Assembly: GCF_022045235.1 (NCBI RefSeq)
Contig: NW_027266280.1
Location: forward strand, 5,208,001 to 5,272,000
Direction of reading: 5' to 3'
From: Haliotis cracherodii
Taxonomy: Eukaryota
DNA: 64,000 nt
Shown: positions 63,999 through 64,000 of the stretch, one piece after another
How the letters are laid out: each line of letters opens with the position of its first letter
How positions within the stretch are numbered: the first letter of the stretch is position 1
The notes under the pieces: model-generated
The model's input: the letters and a program-made list of their open reading frames with translations, nothing else
What the model was told of the DNA's origin: nothing
The model's database searches: none
Translations under genes and position numbers: made by a program

Positions 63999-64000
63999 CG

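Overview
Animal genomic DNA: AT-rich, GT-AG introns, dense SINEs, one N-gap. The repeat families suggest a mollusc, possibly a gastropod such as abalone (inference from recalled repeats, not verified). The main content is a head-to-tail array of five + strand paralogous genes (G1-G5, about 20.7-58.0 kb) that the ORF track shows only in part. Shared plan: a signal-peptide exon, usually a small middle exon, then a low-complexity Q/G/P-rich region ending in a conserved ~50-aa Cys-free C-terminal domain (PG-x8-[FLI]P[GT]G-G-x-V-x3-DG[SR]D[GA]-x-V-x4-G-x3/4-[ST][VI]DG). All modelled coding introns are phase 1. G1, G2 and G4 show a TATA/Inr promoter with a ~50-nt non-coding exon. G2 and G4 (and probably G1) have an R-x-R-R|F convertase site built across a splice junction. 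A sixth, convergent gene (G6) has a >3.2-kb terminal exon encoding an M/G/N/S/Q/D-rich protein with 42 hexapeptide repeats and 55-aa repeats. The set resembles a secreted extracellular-matrix (possibly shell-matrix) gene cluster; that function is inference. The rest holds four SINE-like families (three share a 3' tail, the fourth only its end), Penelope-like relics with minimal hammerhead ribozyme motifs, a mariner relic, MITEs and minisatellites.
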